NCBI GenBank assembly: GCA_041305025.1
Contig: JBFYMG010000057.1
Location: 1 to 58,192 of the forward strand
Source of the DNA: Thermoplasmatales archaeon
Lineage (GTDB): Archaea > Thermoplasmatota > E2 > DHVEG-1
Direction of reading: 5' to 3'
DNA: 58,192 nt
Under the pieces are notes generated by a model. The model had not been told where the DNA came from. It saw only the letters and a program-made list of their open reading frames with translations, and ran no database searches. Below, in pieces: positions 1 to 9,253 of this stretch. The first letter of the stretch is position 1; each line of letters opens with the position of its first letter. The position numbers and the translations under genes were made by a program.

Positions 1-273
1 TGTGACCATTGCATCAACGACCATGTCGCCTCCTGAACCATTATTCCAAATCGTGAAATAGTTGTTGTTTGTTTGTGCTGAGGCATTGGCCCAGACACTA
101 CTGAATGCATAAGAATAAGGGCTTATATCGATTGATGAGTTTCCATCTGGATCAAAAGTTATTGTAACAGTATCTGTAGTATCTGCATATACAATTTCAG
201 ATACTGGTGCAAAAGTTGCAAATGCAATCATGAATACAACTAGACATACTATTAGTACCTTATTTACATCCAT
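1..273 (-). CDS. Small secreted beta-rich protein, putative pilin/filament subunit; 3' end beyond the window edge; paralog of 467..1000
   Basis: Not in the ORF track. Manual translation from ATG at 273: MDVNKVLIVCLVVFMIAFATFAPVSEIVYADTTDTVTITFDPDGNSSIDISPYSYAFSSVWANASAQTNNNYFTIWNNGSGGDMVVDAMVT. It aligns residue for residue with 467..1000 and has the same upstream aaggatgggat element. Confidence 0.9.
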   Translation of the reverse strand, partial: MDVNKVLIVCLVVFMIAFATFAPVSEIVYADTTDTVTITFDPDGNSSIDISPYSYAFSSVWANASAQTNNNYFTIWNNGSGGDMVVDAMVT

Positions 274-466
274 TTTTCATCCCATCCTTTGACTAAATAA
301 AATAATAGAAAAGGTAAGTTAAATGTCTTTTTGGCATCTAATTAAACATCAGGATATGCAGATGCATATGTATACTAAAATACAAATCATAGTAAATAGA
401 AACCTGGGGACTTTATAAAAATTTAAAGAGAATTATGAAGGATAGTTTTACTATATTATTAACTAT

Positions 467-1000
467 TTAAGTTGGTGCAGTGCCGCGGAAAGTTACAACT
501 ACAGTTTGTGAGGTTATGTTCGAAGTGATGTTGGATATAGTTAACCTAAAACCAAAGTTTTGACTGCCTGCAGCACCCCTATCAAGAGCGCTAGAAACCT
601 GGGCCCAATAATGTTCTGAAATATAAGTAGAATTTGTAACAGTACCTCTGCGTATGCGAAGTGAATAGGTATCATCTGTTTGAGTGCCTGTTGCACCGAC
701 TGCGTTATTTAAGCCAAGTGCATCAGTTGTGACTTGTGCATCAACAACACAGTTATCTATAGAGCCATTATTCCAAATAGTGAAATAGTTGTTGTTTGTT
801 TGCTTAGAAGCGTTGGCCCAGACACTACCAAAGGCGTAAGAATAAGGCTGTATATCTATTGATACGTTACCCATTGGATCAAACGTTAAGGTAACAGTAT
901 CGGTAGTACCTGCCAATACGATTTTTGATATTGGTGCAAAAGTTGCAAAAACCATCGTAAATATAACTAGGCATATTATCAATATTTTTTTAGCATCCAT
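467..1000 (-). CDS. Small secreted beta-rich protein, putative pilin/filament subunit (177 aa)
   Basis: Signal peptide ending IVLA, then GTTDTVTLTFDP. Thr/Asn/Ser-rich alternating beta pattern, no C-terminal anchor. The pilin function is inferred. Confidence 0.85.
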   Translation of the reverse strand: MDAKKILIICLVIFTMVFATFAPISKIVLAGTTDTVTLTFDPMGNVSIDIQPYSYAFGSVWANASKQTNNNYFTIWNNGSIDNCVVDAQVTTDALGLNNAVGATGTQTDDTYSLRIRRGTVTNSTYISEHYWAQVSSALDRGAAGSQNFGFRLTISNITSNITSQTVVVTFRGTAPT

Positions 1001-1231
1001 TTTTTATCCCATCCTTTTTACCAATCAACAGTATACAAGATTTATATCTTGTTTCTGTCATTGCATCCCATCATTCTTCTGCTCTCCGCATCACAAATTA
1101 TAATGCATAGAGTGCAACTTTATAATAAAGTAGTGGTTTTTATAAGTTTCGTTTTCTTTGTTATGCTAAATGCGGGAAACGCAAAAGATTTGACAAAACA
1201 AAATATTAAAAAATTTTTTAAGATATTAGTT

Positions 1232-2554
1232 TTATTGTTCTTTTTGATTGTCATTATCAGATATTTTCAGAATTTCATCAACTTTTGAATCTATGTTTTC
1301 TTCTTCATTTTTATTTTCAGGATCTTCTTCCACAAGTATAGTTATCTTGTAACCGTTGGGTAGGAATAGCAATGAAACAATAATTGCAATAATTATTGCA
1401 ATGATTAAAAATAGTAAAAATGGGAATGGCAGCTCTCTTTCTTTTTCGGGTTCCGGTTCCGTGGGTTTCTGCCTATCACTTATTATGGCTTTTGTCGCGG
1501 TTAGATTATTTAGATTGTTGTTGTCTGTTACTTTAAGAATTACAGTATATTCCCCGGGTTTGGCGTACGAATGTATTGGATTTTCTAAATAGGAAATGTT
1601 CCCATCACCGAATTCCCAGAAATAGCTAATTATTAGTCCATCTGGATCGTAGGTGCCTGTACTATTGAAGGTAATGTTTTCATTAGTATATCCGTAATAC
1701 GGGCCATTTACTGCTGGAAGTGTAATATTTTTATTTATATATGTGTAGTAGTAAGAAGCGTTAATTTTTGGTATTGGAAGCTTTAGATTTGGTTCGAGTT
1801 GCATTATGTTTATGATGTATGAAGCTGTAGAGATATCTCCATCATCATCCTTTACATGCAATACTATGGTGTAATTTCCATGATGCTCGTAGCTATAAGT
1901 TATAACTTCGTCTTTTATCCAACCGGTATCAAAAATTGTATCATCTTCAAAGACCCACCGATACTCGTTTATATATCCATCTGAGTCATAGCTGTAAATG
2001 GCATAGAAGACTAGAGTTTCATTTATGTATGCATTATTTGGTCCAGTTATATTGGCTACTGGAGGTTTGTTTGGTTCAATTGGTGGAGCTGGAGGTGATG
2101 GCGGATAAGAGGGTTCTGCGCGAGTGGAAAAACAGAATATAGCTGTTTTAGAATCGTTGCCATCACTTACTATAACCCTCCAATAATACGTCGTAGAATA
2201 ATCTGCTGCCTGAAGATAATTCCAGTGATACGTTCCATTTAGTAATGAGGAATCTGTTTGCCTAAGAACCCAAACTCCCGTTGTATTTTCATACCAGTAG
2301 ATAATAAGGTAATCGTTGTCTGGATCACCAACTGTTATATGACATTTCACTTTTAAATTTACATTTACTGAATTATTTGTTGGATGTTCATTGTCTTGTA
2401 CTACTGGAGATTGATTTGGTATATTGGGATCAAAAGTGAAGCTGACTTGATCGTTAGCTAACACTGTTTGCATGGATATTGGAAAAAGTGTCAAAATGGC
2501 AACTATGATTGCAAAATAGTATGTCTTTACCTTTTTGCCATTCCTTCCTTTCAT
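1232..2554 (-). CDS. Surface protein: signal peptide, Ig-like domain, two PKD domains, C-terminal TM anchor
   Basis: PKD motifs (NKPPVANITGP..YSYDSDGYINEYRW; DPDGLIISYFWEFGDG..HSYAKPGEYTVILKVTD), Pro-rich linker, hydrophobic helix FLLFLIIAIIIAIIVSLLFL and an acidic tail. Confidence 0.9.
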   Translation of the reverse strand: MKGRNGKKVKTYYFAIIVAILTLFPISMQTVLANDQVSFTFDPNIPNQSPVVQDNEHPTNNSVNVNLKVKCHITVGDPDNDYLIIYWYENTTGVWVLRQTDSSLLNGTYHWNYLQAADYSTTYYWRVIVSDGNDSKTAIFCFSTRAEPSYPPSPPAPPIEPNKPPVANITGPNNAYINETLVFYAIYSYDSDGYINEYRWVFEDDTIFDTGWIKDEVITYSYEHHGNYTIVLHVKDDDGDISTASYIINIMQLEPNLKLPIPKINASYYYTYINKNITLPAVNGPYYGYTNENITFNSTGTYDPDGLIISYFWEFGDGNISYLENPIHSYAKPGEYTVILKVTDNNNLNNLTATKAIISDRQKPTEPEPEKERELPFPFLLFLIIAIIIAIIVSLLFLPNGYKITILVEEDPENKNEEENIDSKVDEILKISDNDNQKEQ

Positions 2555-2643
2555 CTCGTTTCCGTCCGTTTTGGTATTTAAGTATATTGATAATCTATAC
2601 CACGATACAATTTGTCACTGTTTGTATTTAAAGGTAATCTGTT

Positions 2644-2674
2644 AAAATGACAGGTTGACAAAATGACAGGCTGA
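2644..2674. repeat. Short direct repeat aaaatgacagg(t/c)tga x2, containing TGACA at 8-nt spacing; possible regulator site
   Basis: Read directly: TGACA at 2648, 2656 and 2664 and TGA at 2672, in the intergenic region upstream of the 1232..2554 gene. Confidence 0.55.
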
Positions 2675-2746
2675 AAAAATTACAAAACAAAAGAGGTAAT
2701 AAAAATACTAATAAAAATTCTTGAAAAAGATAGAATGATACAATTT

Positions 2747-5700
2747 TTATTTTATAATAGATTTGAACGTAACTGTTACAGTCATATTAATATCTGACAT
2801 AGTTGACGCGGTAGCCATTAACATCTTCAAGTCAAAGGTCTGAGTACCGGTTGTCGCAATATTGCTGGAAAAGACAGCGTATGTTTCATTTATATATTTC
2901 CAAGGCTCAGCACCTGTTTTACGTCGAAGGCTGAAATTATTTTCGCTTTGTTCCTGAGTGAGATTCCATGTGAAACCGGTTGAAGAATTGACTGCATCGC
3001 TTGCCTTGATTTGTACACTTACATCAACATTTCCATTGTTAGTAAAAGTAAAATATGAACCAGTTGTCTCGTTTATACCACCTTCCGAGGGTCTTCCGAT
3101 ATCCCACGTTGAAGGTGATACATCACATGATAGAACTGTCCAAGACAAATCTGTACTTTCATAATATTTAATAGTCGTTGAATTAGCATATATAAAAGCG
3201 TATCCAGCATAAGGGCGATTAGTTCCATTGGGATTTTCAGCCCATATCAAATTTGGATAGTAAAAATTATATGCCATACTATATGTAAGATTTGTTGGTT
3301 GATACCATCTCGTTGATTTATACTCACTAAATCGTAGATCAAGAGCCGAGTCACCAGCATATTTCTGACCATACCAAACAACTTTTAAGTCATTAAGTCC
3401 CGTCGTAACAGATATAGAAGGATTATATTGATTGCCAGTGTATTCTGATATGTTATATGGTGCTGACCAAGTTGTTGTTTTTTTGGTATAACGAATCTGA
3501 GTGACAGATCCTCCAGACCACTTTCCATACCAGACAACGTGCAAATAATCATCGCCGTCAATAGCTATACAAGGATAAGTCTGGTCGTTAGAATTAGAAT
3601 CAACAGATATAGTAACAGCTGCACTCCATATTCCTCTTCCGTTTTCAGTACTATAACGTATCTCAATACCGCCTGCTCCACCCATAGTACTATGCCAAAC
3701 CACGTGAACAAAATCGTTAGAATCAATTGCCATGGAAGGAGCAGTGCCAGTTTCAAATAGGCTATAAGTTGTTACATTTGAAGGCCATGACCAAGTCATA
3801 CCACGATTTGTGGAGTTACAATAGCGGATTTCATAATTGGCCCCTGTACCACTATATCTACCATACCAGACCACATGCAGTTTATCTGTACTATCAACAG
3901 CCATACAAGGATACATCTGAGATAGAAGACTGTCCCCCTTTGTTAGATACCTCGTTGTTCCCCAACTCGCACCGCCATCGGTAGAGCGCATATAAGTTAT
4001 CCCGCCATTGCCCGCTCCTCCCCCGCCATCCTTTGAGCTATTAAAGACTACATGTAAGTAATCATAGCTATCTACAGCTATAGATGGGCCTCTATGACTT
4101 ATAGTGGCTGAAGCAGTAAGCGTATATTCAGTCCAGTTTACGCCATCGTCAGTCGATTTGGCACACATAATGTTGCTCGCCCCTCCATAGGTTCTGTTGT
4201 AAACACAATATAGATAGCCGTTGGAATCTCTAGCCAATTTTCGTTGACCAGGATATTGCAGGCTAAGACCAGTTGGTGAAGTGTCTAATTTAACGGTATA
4301 CCCCATCGTGAAACTGTATGTAGTATAATTTGTATTAGTTCCATCTGAAAGAGTCACGCGCCAATAATATATAGTTCCAAAATTACTGTAGTTTGTGTTG
4401 GTTTGCCTTACTATTGTTCCTGTTTCATTTTCGATTTTGACTGTACATGACCATCCATCATGACCTGTTCCAACCCATGCGATGTAATAGAAATCGCTTC
4501 CCATTGAGACCATCGGAGCAAAACCCATATTATCCGTTGAATCAAACTCCAAGGAATCGTATTCAATGTCAGGAATTTGGCCATCGTCTTTAATTTTTAT
4601 TGTTTTCATCCAGCCATCACCGTCTGTTCCCTGATATGTTATAACATAGAGATTATTTTCTAGCGATGAAATAAATGGATACGCACAATCTGCAGTATCA
4701 AACTCAAGTGTTCCACCTGAAAACCAAGATTTTGTTATTGCACCTGCGTCTGAAATTCTAGTAGTATTGCATCTACCATCACCGGCAACGTCACGATATG
4801 CAATTGCAAAACAGTTTGAACTTCCTAATTTTTTTATAAAAGGATATGACACTTGTGTGTCAAATGTCCACGAATCAACATAAGCACCGCCAATATTGCC
4901 TCCAGAATCAATATCGTATGTTGTAAGATAGCCGTAATTGGTTCCTCGATCATTATAAACTATTGCAACCGTATCTGAATCAACCATACACATTCTTGGG
5001 TATACGCCTTCAATAGCTCCATTAACAGCCTGAATATCAATAGGACCATTAATAGTAATTTTATTATCGACAGTAAAGGTTTCTAAATATAAACGTCTAC
5101 CCGCCGAATCAGTGTGAGCAACAACAAAAGTATTTCCAGTGACACGAACTACATCTATTCTAGTTTGCTCAGATCCGGAAGAAAAATATGTTAAAGTTAG
5201 AGAGGCGCCAATAGATTTTGTTATAATTCCTGTTGTTGAAATATCAACTGTTATTACAGTATCCCTAGAAGTTACGTTATTATAATAAACAATAATATAT
5301 GTGTTATCACCCCAATACAGTATTCTTGGATATGACCCACCTTTTGTATCAAATGTATAAGAATCTACACAACTACGATTGACGGAACCATTGCTATTCC
5401 AGACCTTAGTTGTATTAATCAAGCCTTTGCTACCAATTCCACAATTGACAATTGCATAATATGAAAATGTTGCGTCCGATCCAACTTTTATAACATCAGG
5501 ATATTCGCCCCACTGCTTATTGTATTCCCGTGAACTGGTTACAGATGTATTTATCGCACCGTAACTCATCACTTGATTGGTCGCACTTGACCTATTAGCA
5601 CCGAATTGAACCCAAGAACCACTTGAATTTGATGACCATGTAACATTTAACATATCACCGATGTCTGAAACAGTCACACTCAATTGCACTGGTGCAGTAA

Positions 5701-8700
5701 CTCCAGTAGCGCCATCTGCCGGAGAGGGATTTGAGATTTGTGGAACCTGGTTTGCATAAATCTGATAAGTACAAGCCCAACCATCAGTATTCGGACCTGA
5801 GTATACTGTCAAGAAATAATTTCCTGCACAATAGATTGTAGCCGGTCTTGTATAACAGTCGGTACTAAAGGTTAGCGTATCTATTACTGTTCCACTATAT
5901 GCACCAAGACCATACGTGTTTATTGCCATGGTAACAGTTACGCCATCTGAAGCACTATTTCGATAGGATATTCCATAGATAGCACGATCTGCAGCTGAAC
6001 TGTACGAAACATTAAAAATATATGGATAATAAACGGTGTCACTGCCAGCAAACTCAAGAGTCCCGCCTGAAACCCATGACTTAGTAATAGCACCTGCACC
6101 TGAAATTTGAGTGATATTACATCTACCATCTGAATCAGAATCAACGTATGCGATTGCAAAAAAGTAAGTATCTACTACAAAAGAAGAAGTGCCTACTTTT
6201 TTTATGAAAGGATAATAAGCATTGTAGCGGTCAAATTCCCAACTACTTGTATTTGATGCAGCAATAGTACCAGTTGCTGTTATGTCACGAGTGCCCATAT
6301 GTCCGTCTGTGTTCTTACCAGAATAAACCCACACAAATGTGTTTGAATCCACTGCTTCCAAAGTTGCTGTAGGCATTTTTGAAATCGTATTGTCAATTGT
6401 GACATTTCCTAGTGCCGTTATTACCCCGGCATTTGTTATGTTATATGATTTTAACCTAAAATAATATGCATAATTACAATATGCAATAACAAAGATATTT
6501 GAAGTTGTACTTACTCCCATCTTTAAAACTGACGTTATGTTTGCGCCATTTAGTGTTTTACCCAAATACTCAGACCTTACATCACCACTAATCTTGGATT
6601 GCTGTATAGTTCCGTTTGTATCCCAGACTCTGAATGTAAAAGCATATATGAAACGCCCAACATTATTCGGGCCACCATTACAATAGAAACAAGCATAGAT
6701 GTTTCCATAGACCTTTTGAACAAATATCGAACCAACCGCGTTCGTCGTGGTGTTGAACGTCCATGATGATACGTTTGTTGAACGGATCGTACCATTGTTG
6801 TTCCATACTCTTATTGTATTCAATGAACCATGAAAATTTGTGGTTCCTGCACCTATAAGATAATATTCACTGTTGTTTACTCGTACTGCTGATACGTTCT
6901 TCCCAGTCTGTGGATTCCATTCAAATGAACTTGTAGTTTGGTCTGCGATAAGACCATAGGTAGGGTCAAGTTCGATATGCGTACCAAAAGGAATGTTATT
7001 TCTTTGTATTCTGAATTGGAATTTGCCGTCAATAATATTATTGTCAAATGACAGTCCTGAAAGCCTAGATACATCGCTGTAATCGTATCTAAGAGTAAAC
7101 TGATGATCAAACGCTGTATATTTTATATCAAAAGTTTTACTATCATCGTCATAACTATAATCATCAACAGGAATATCTATTGTAAGAGTAAGACTATAAT
7201 TTGCACGAGGATTAACAGTTGCAGTAAAATCAAGAGTGAATTTCTTTGATTTTTCTGTAACGTCTTTGTAGTTTATGGTCAAGCCGCCAACATCTTCCCA
7301 TTGGTCATTAATATGTGCTTGTAAATTCCATACAGTATGACCAAAAAGATAAACCCATGCTTTTTGATAATTCATCTTTGACGAAATAAACGAACCGGCT
7401 TGGCCTGTCTTTTGTTCCCAAAAATCATCATAAATTTTTGTTGTAATATTTGTATTTGTTTTAGCATTCGCACTTGCATAGTCATCTGACCATTGTTGTA
7501 AAGTTCCCCATGTCGTATAACTCCATGCCACATAATAATAGTTTATTGACTGACTCAGTCTGGTGTCAGAGTATTTCTTCTCTGTACCATCATATACTAA
7601 GGCACCATCATTTCTATTAGTTGGATATGAGCCAATCTTACGAACAATATATGTATTGTTTGCACCAACACCTTTACTCCACGATAAATCAATTCTTGAT
7701 TCGCCAAAAGTTTTTGCAAAAAAGTCGGTTGGTTGCAGTGGTTTAGGTAAAGAGGTATTAGTTTCTGTTTCACCTCCAGTACTTTCATTGGTGCTTTCTT
7801 GTTCTGAGACATCGCATTCACTAATCATACTTTTATTTTCATAACCAACAGCAGAACAAGATACGTTATATTCGTAGATTCCACTTTTATCAAAAGATTT
7901 ACTATAGATGTATAAATTGTTTGCATAGTCCATAATTACTGGTTCGGTCCAACCTTCCTCGTTGAAAGAGATAAGGCACACAGCATTTTCGATACTTTGA
8001 TTAAAACTACTATAATCGGCATAAAACGTTATCATATCATTTGCATATCTCTTTTCATAATCTGTATCATCCCAAATAATTAGATTCGAAACAATAGTCT
8101 CGTTTGTTGTTTCGTTATCATCATTTTCAGGTGGAATTGTTTCATTCGAAGGCGGTATAGTCTCATTCGAAGATCCATTTTCGAATATCGGAACATCAGA
8201 ATTAGCAGTTCCTCCAGTCTCATTTTTTATATCATCCAGAGGCAAAACGCTCCAATCAATCATCGAACTATATTGTGTTTTGTTTGCATCTATTGCTTTG
8301 ATAGTTGCAAAATATTCACCTGCCTTTGCATCACGAACAACCCACTTTGCCTGCCATAACTTATCATTAGTAGAATTGTCAGCTAACGACAAATCTATAG
8401 TTTCAATGCCGCCCATATCGGCAGTGACTGAGCGGACATTGTTGGAGGCGGGAATTGTTACATTTATGAATATTGTATCGCCATCGTGAACGCTTTGCGA
8501 AGAAAAAGAAATAGAAACACCTGAATTTTCATCATTACCATACAAGTATGGCAAGCTAGAAGGAATTACAACAAAGATCAAAATAAAGGACAATATTACT
8601 GCCAAAATCTTTCTTGAGGGCAACTTTTTTTTATATATTTTGAGAGAGTTCTTAGTTATTGCCTCTCTAAAAATTTCATCTGAGGATTTCTTTTTTTCAA

Positions 8701-8824
8701 ATTTTGCATCTAATTTAGAACATTCATTCTTAGATATAGCATCATCAACTAGAATATTTATATCATCAACTAATTCAGCAAGTTTTTTTTGTTCTTTTTC
8801 TGTTAGAGTTTTATCTGAAAACAC
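2747..8824 (-). CDS. Giant multidomain surface protein/adhesin (2025 aa): N-terminal TM/signal, Ig-like, FN3, two repeat propeller-like regions, BNR/Asp-box propeller, C-terminal pilin-like domain
   Basis: TM segment ILAVILSFILIFVVIP. FN3 motif (PTDFFAKTFGESRIDLSWS..YYYVAWSY). Asp-boxes KSTDDGVNW, RSTDGGASW, NSTNRGMTW. Internal duplication. GTG start preceded by ggggag. Confidence 0.88.
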   Translation of the reverse strand: MFSDKTLTEKEQKKLAELVDDINILVDDAISKNECSKLDAKFEKKKSSDEIFREAITKNSLKIYKKKLPSRKILAVILSFILIFVVIPSSLPYLYGNDENSGVSISFSSQSVHDGDTIFINVTIPASNNVRSVTADMGGIETIDLSLADNSTNDKLWQAKWVVRDAKAGEYFATIKAIDANKTQYSSMIDWSVLPLDDIKNETGGTANSDVPIFENGSSNETIPPSNETIPPENDDNETTNETIVSNLIIWDDTDYEKRYANDMITFYADYSSFNQSIENAVCLISFNEEGWTEPVIMDYANNLYIYSKSFDKSGIYEYNVSCSAVGYENKSMISECDVSEQESTNESTGGETETNTSLPKPLQPTDFFAKTFGESRIDLSWSKGVGANNTYIVRKIGSYPTNRNDGALVYDGTEKKYSDTRLSQSINYYYVAWSYTTWGTLQQWSDDYASANAKTNTNITTKIYDDFWEQKTGQAGSFISSKMNYQKAWVYLFGHTVWNLQAHINDQWEDVGGLTINYKDVTEKSKKFTLDFTATVNPRANYSLTLTIDIPVDDYSYDDDSKTFDIKYTAFDHQFTLRYDYSDVSRLSGLSFDNNIIDGKFQFRIQRNNIPFGTHIELDPTYGLIADQTTSSFEWNPQTGKNVSAVRVNNSEYYLIGAGTTNFHGSLNTIRVWNNNGTIRSTNVSSWTFNTTTNAVGSIFVQKVYGNIYACFYCNGGPNNVGRFIYAFTFRVWDTNGTIQQSKISGDVRSEYLGKTLNGANITSVLKMGVSTTSNIFVIAYCNYAYYFRLKSYNITNAGVITALGNVTIDNTISKMPTATLEAVDSNTFVWVYSGKNTDGHMGTRDITATGTIAASNTSSWEFDRYNAYYPFIKKVGTSSFVVDTYFFAIAYVDSDSDGRCNITQISGAGAITKSWVSGGTLEFAGSDTVYYPYIFNVSYSSAADRAIYGISYRNSASDGVTVTMAINTYGLGAYSGTVIDTLTFSTDCYTRPATIYCAGNYFLTVYSGPNTDGWACTYQIYANQVPQISNPSPADGATGVTAPVQLSVTVSDIGDMLNVTWSSNSSGSWVQFGANRSSATNQVMSYGAINTSVTSSREYNKQWGEYPDVIKVGSDATFSYYAIVNCGIGSKGLINTTKVWNSNGSVNRSCVDSYTFDTKGGSYPRILYWGDNTYIIVYYNNVTSRDTVITVDISTTGIITKSIGASLTLTYFSSGSEQTRIDVVRVTGNTFVVAHTDSAGRRLYLETFTVDNKITINGPIDIQAVNGAIEGVYPRMCMVDSDTVAIVYNDRGTNYGYLTTYDIDSGGNIGGAYVDSWTFDTQVSYPFIKKLGSSNCFAIAYRDVAGDGRCNTTRISDAGAITKSWFSGGTLEFDTADCAYPFISSLENNLYVITYQGTDGDGWMKTIKIKDDGQIPDIEYDSLEFDSTDNMGFAPMVSMGSDFYYIAWVGTGHDGWSCTVKIENETGTIVRQTNTNYSNFGTIYYWRVTLSDGTNTNYTTYSFTMGYTVKLDTSPTGLSLQYPGQRKLARDSNGYLYCVYNRTYGGASNIMCAKSTDDGVNWTEYTLTASATISHRGPSIAVDSYDYLHVVFNSSKDGGGGAGNGGITYMRSTDGGASWGTTRYLTKGDSLLSQMYPCMAVDSTDKLHVVWYGRYSGTGANYEIRYCNSTNRGMTWSWPSNVTTYSLFETGTAPSMAIDSNDFVHVVWHSTMGGAGGIEIRYSTENGRGIWSAAVTISVDSNSNDQTYPCIAIDGDDYLHVVWYGKWSGGSVTQIRYTKKTTTWSAPYNISEYTGNQYNPSISVTTGLNDLKVVWYGQKYAGDSALDLRFSEYKSTRWYQPTNLTYSMAYNFYYPNLIWAENPNGTNRPYAGYAFIYANSTTIKYYESTDLSWTVLSCDVSPSTWDIGRPSEGGINETTGSYFTFTNNGNVDVSVQIKASDAVNSSTGFTWNLTQEQSENNFSLRRKTGAEPWKYINETYAVFSSNIATTGTQTFDLKMLMATASTMSDINMTVTVTFKSIIK

Positions 8825-8977
8825 CAGTTACTCCCCATCTACGCCTTCTAGTAGTACAGTATACTAATAAATAATTAGTTTTTAAGGTTTACCAACAATA
8901 TAAAATAAGAAAGATGACCAACATTCTAAAAACGATAACTTAATCAATACATTTCATGATTTTCCGCTCGGATTTCA

Positions 8978-9226
8978 ATGTTTGAAGCTAAAGTAAAAAT
9001 CGGACTTAAAAAAGGCGTTTCAGATCCTGAAGGAGCAAATACACTAAAGGCCTTACATCTGTTAGGTTTCAACACAGTAAAAGAAGCAAAGACCATCAGA
9101 ACTATTGATCTTTTAATCGATGGTAAAAATGAGAACGAAGTGAAAAAGAAAGTAGAAGAGATGTGCCAAAGATTGCTAACAAACCCAGTTATCCATACAT
9201 ATGAAATAGAAGTGAAAGAAAAATAA
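8978..9226 (+). CDS. purS: Phosphoribosylformylglycinamidine synthase subunit PurS
   Basis: KKGVSDPEG and LLTNPVIHTY motifs, 82 aa, directly upstream of purL. Confidence 0.95.
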   Translation: MFEAKVKIGLKKGVSDPEGANTLKALHLLGFNTVKEAKTIRTIDLLIDGKNENEVKKKVEEMCQRLLTNPVIHTYEIEVKEK

Positions 9227-9253
9227 GAAATACTGCTTGGGGAGTGTAAAAAC

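Noticed and set aside
1671-1780. Degenerate micro-duplication between the PKD domains (KINASYYYTYINKNIT / AVNGPYYGYTNENIT)
   Set aside because: Real but small; best explained as a local in-frame slip with no evident functional meaning.
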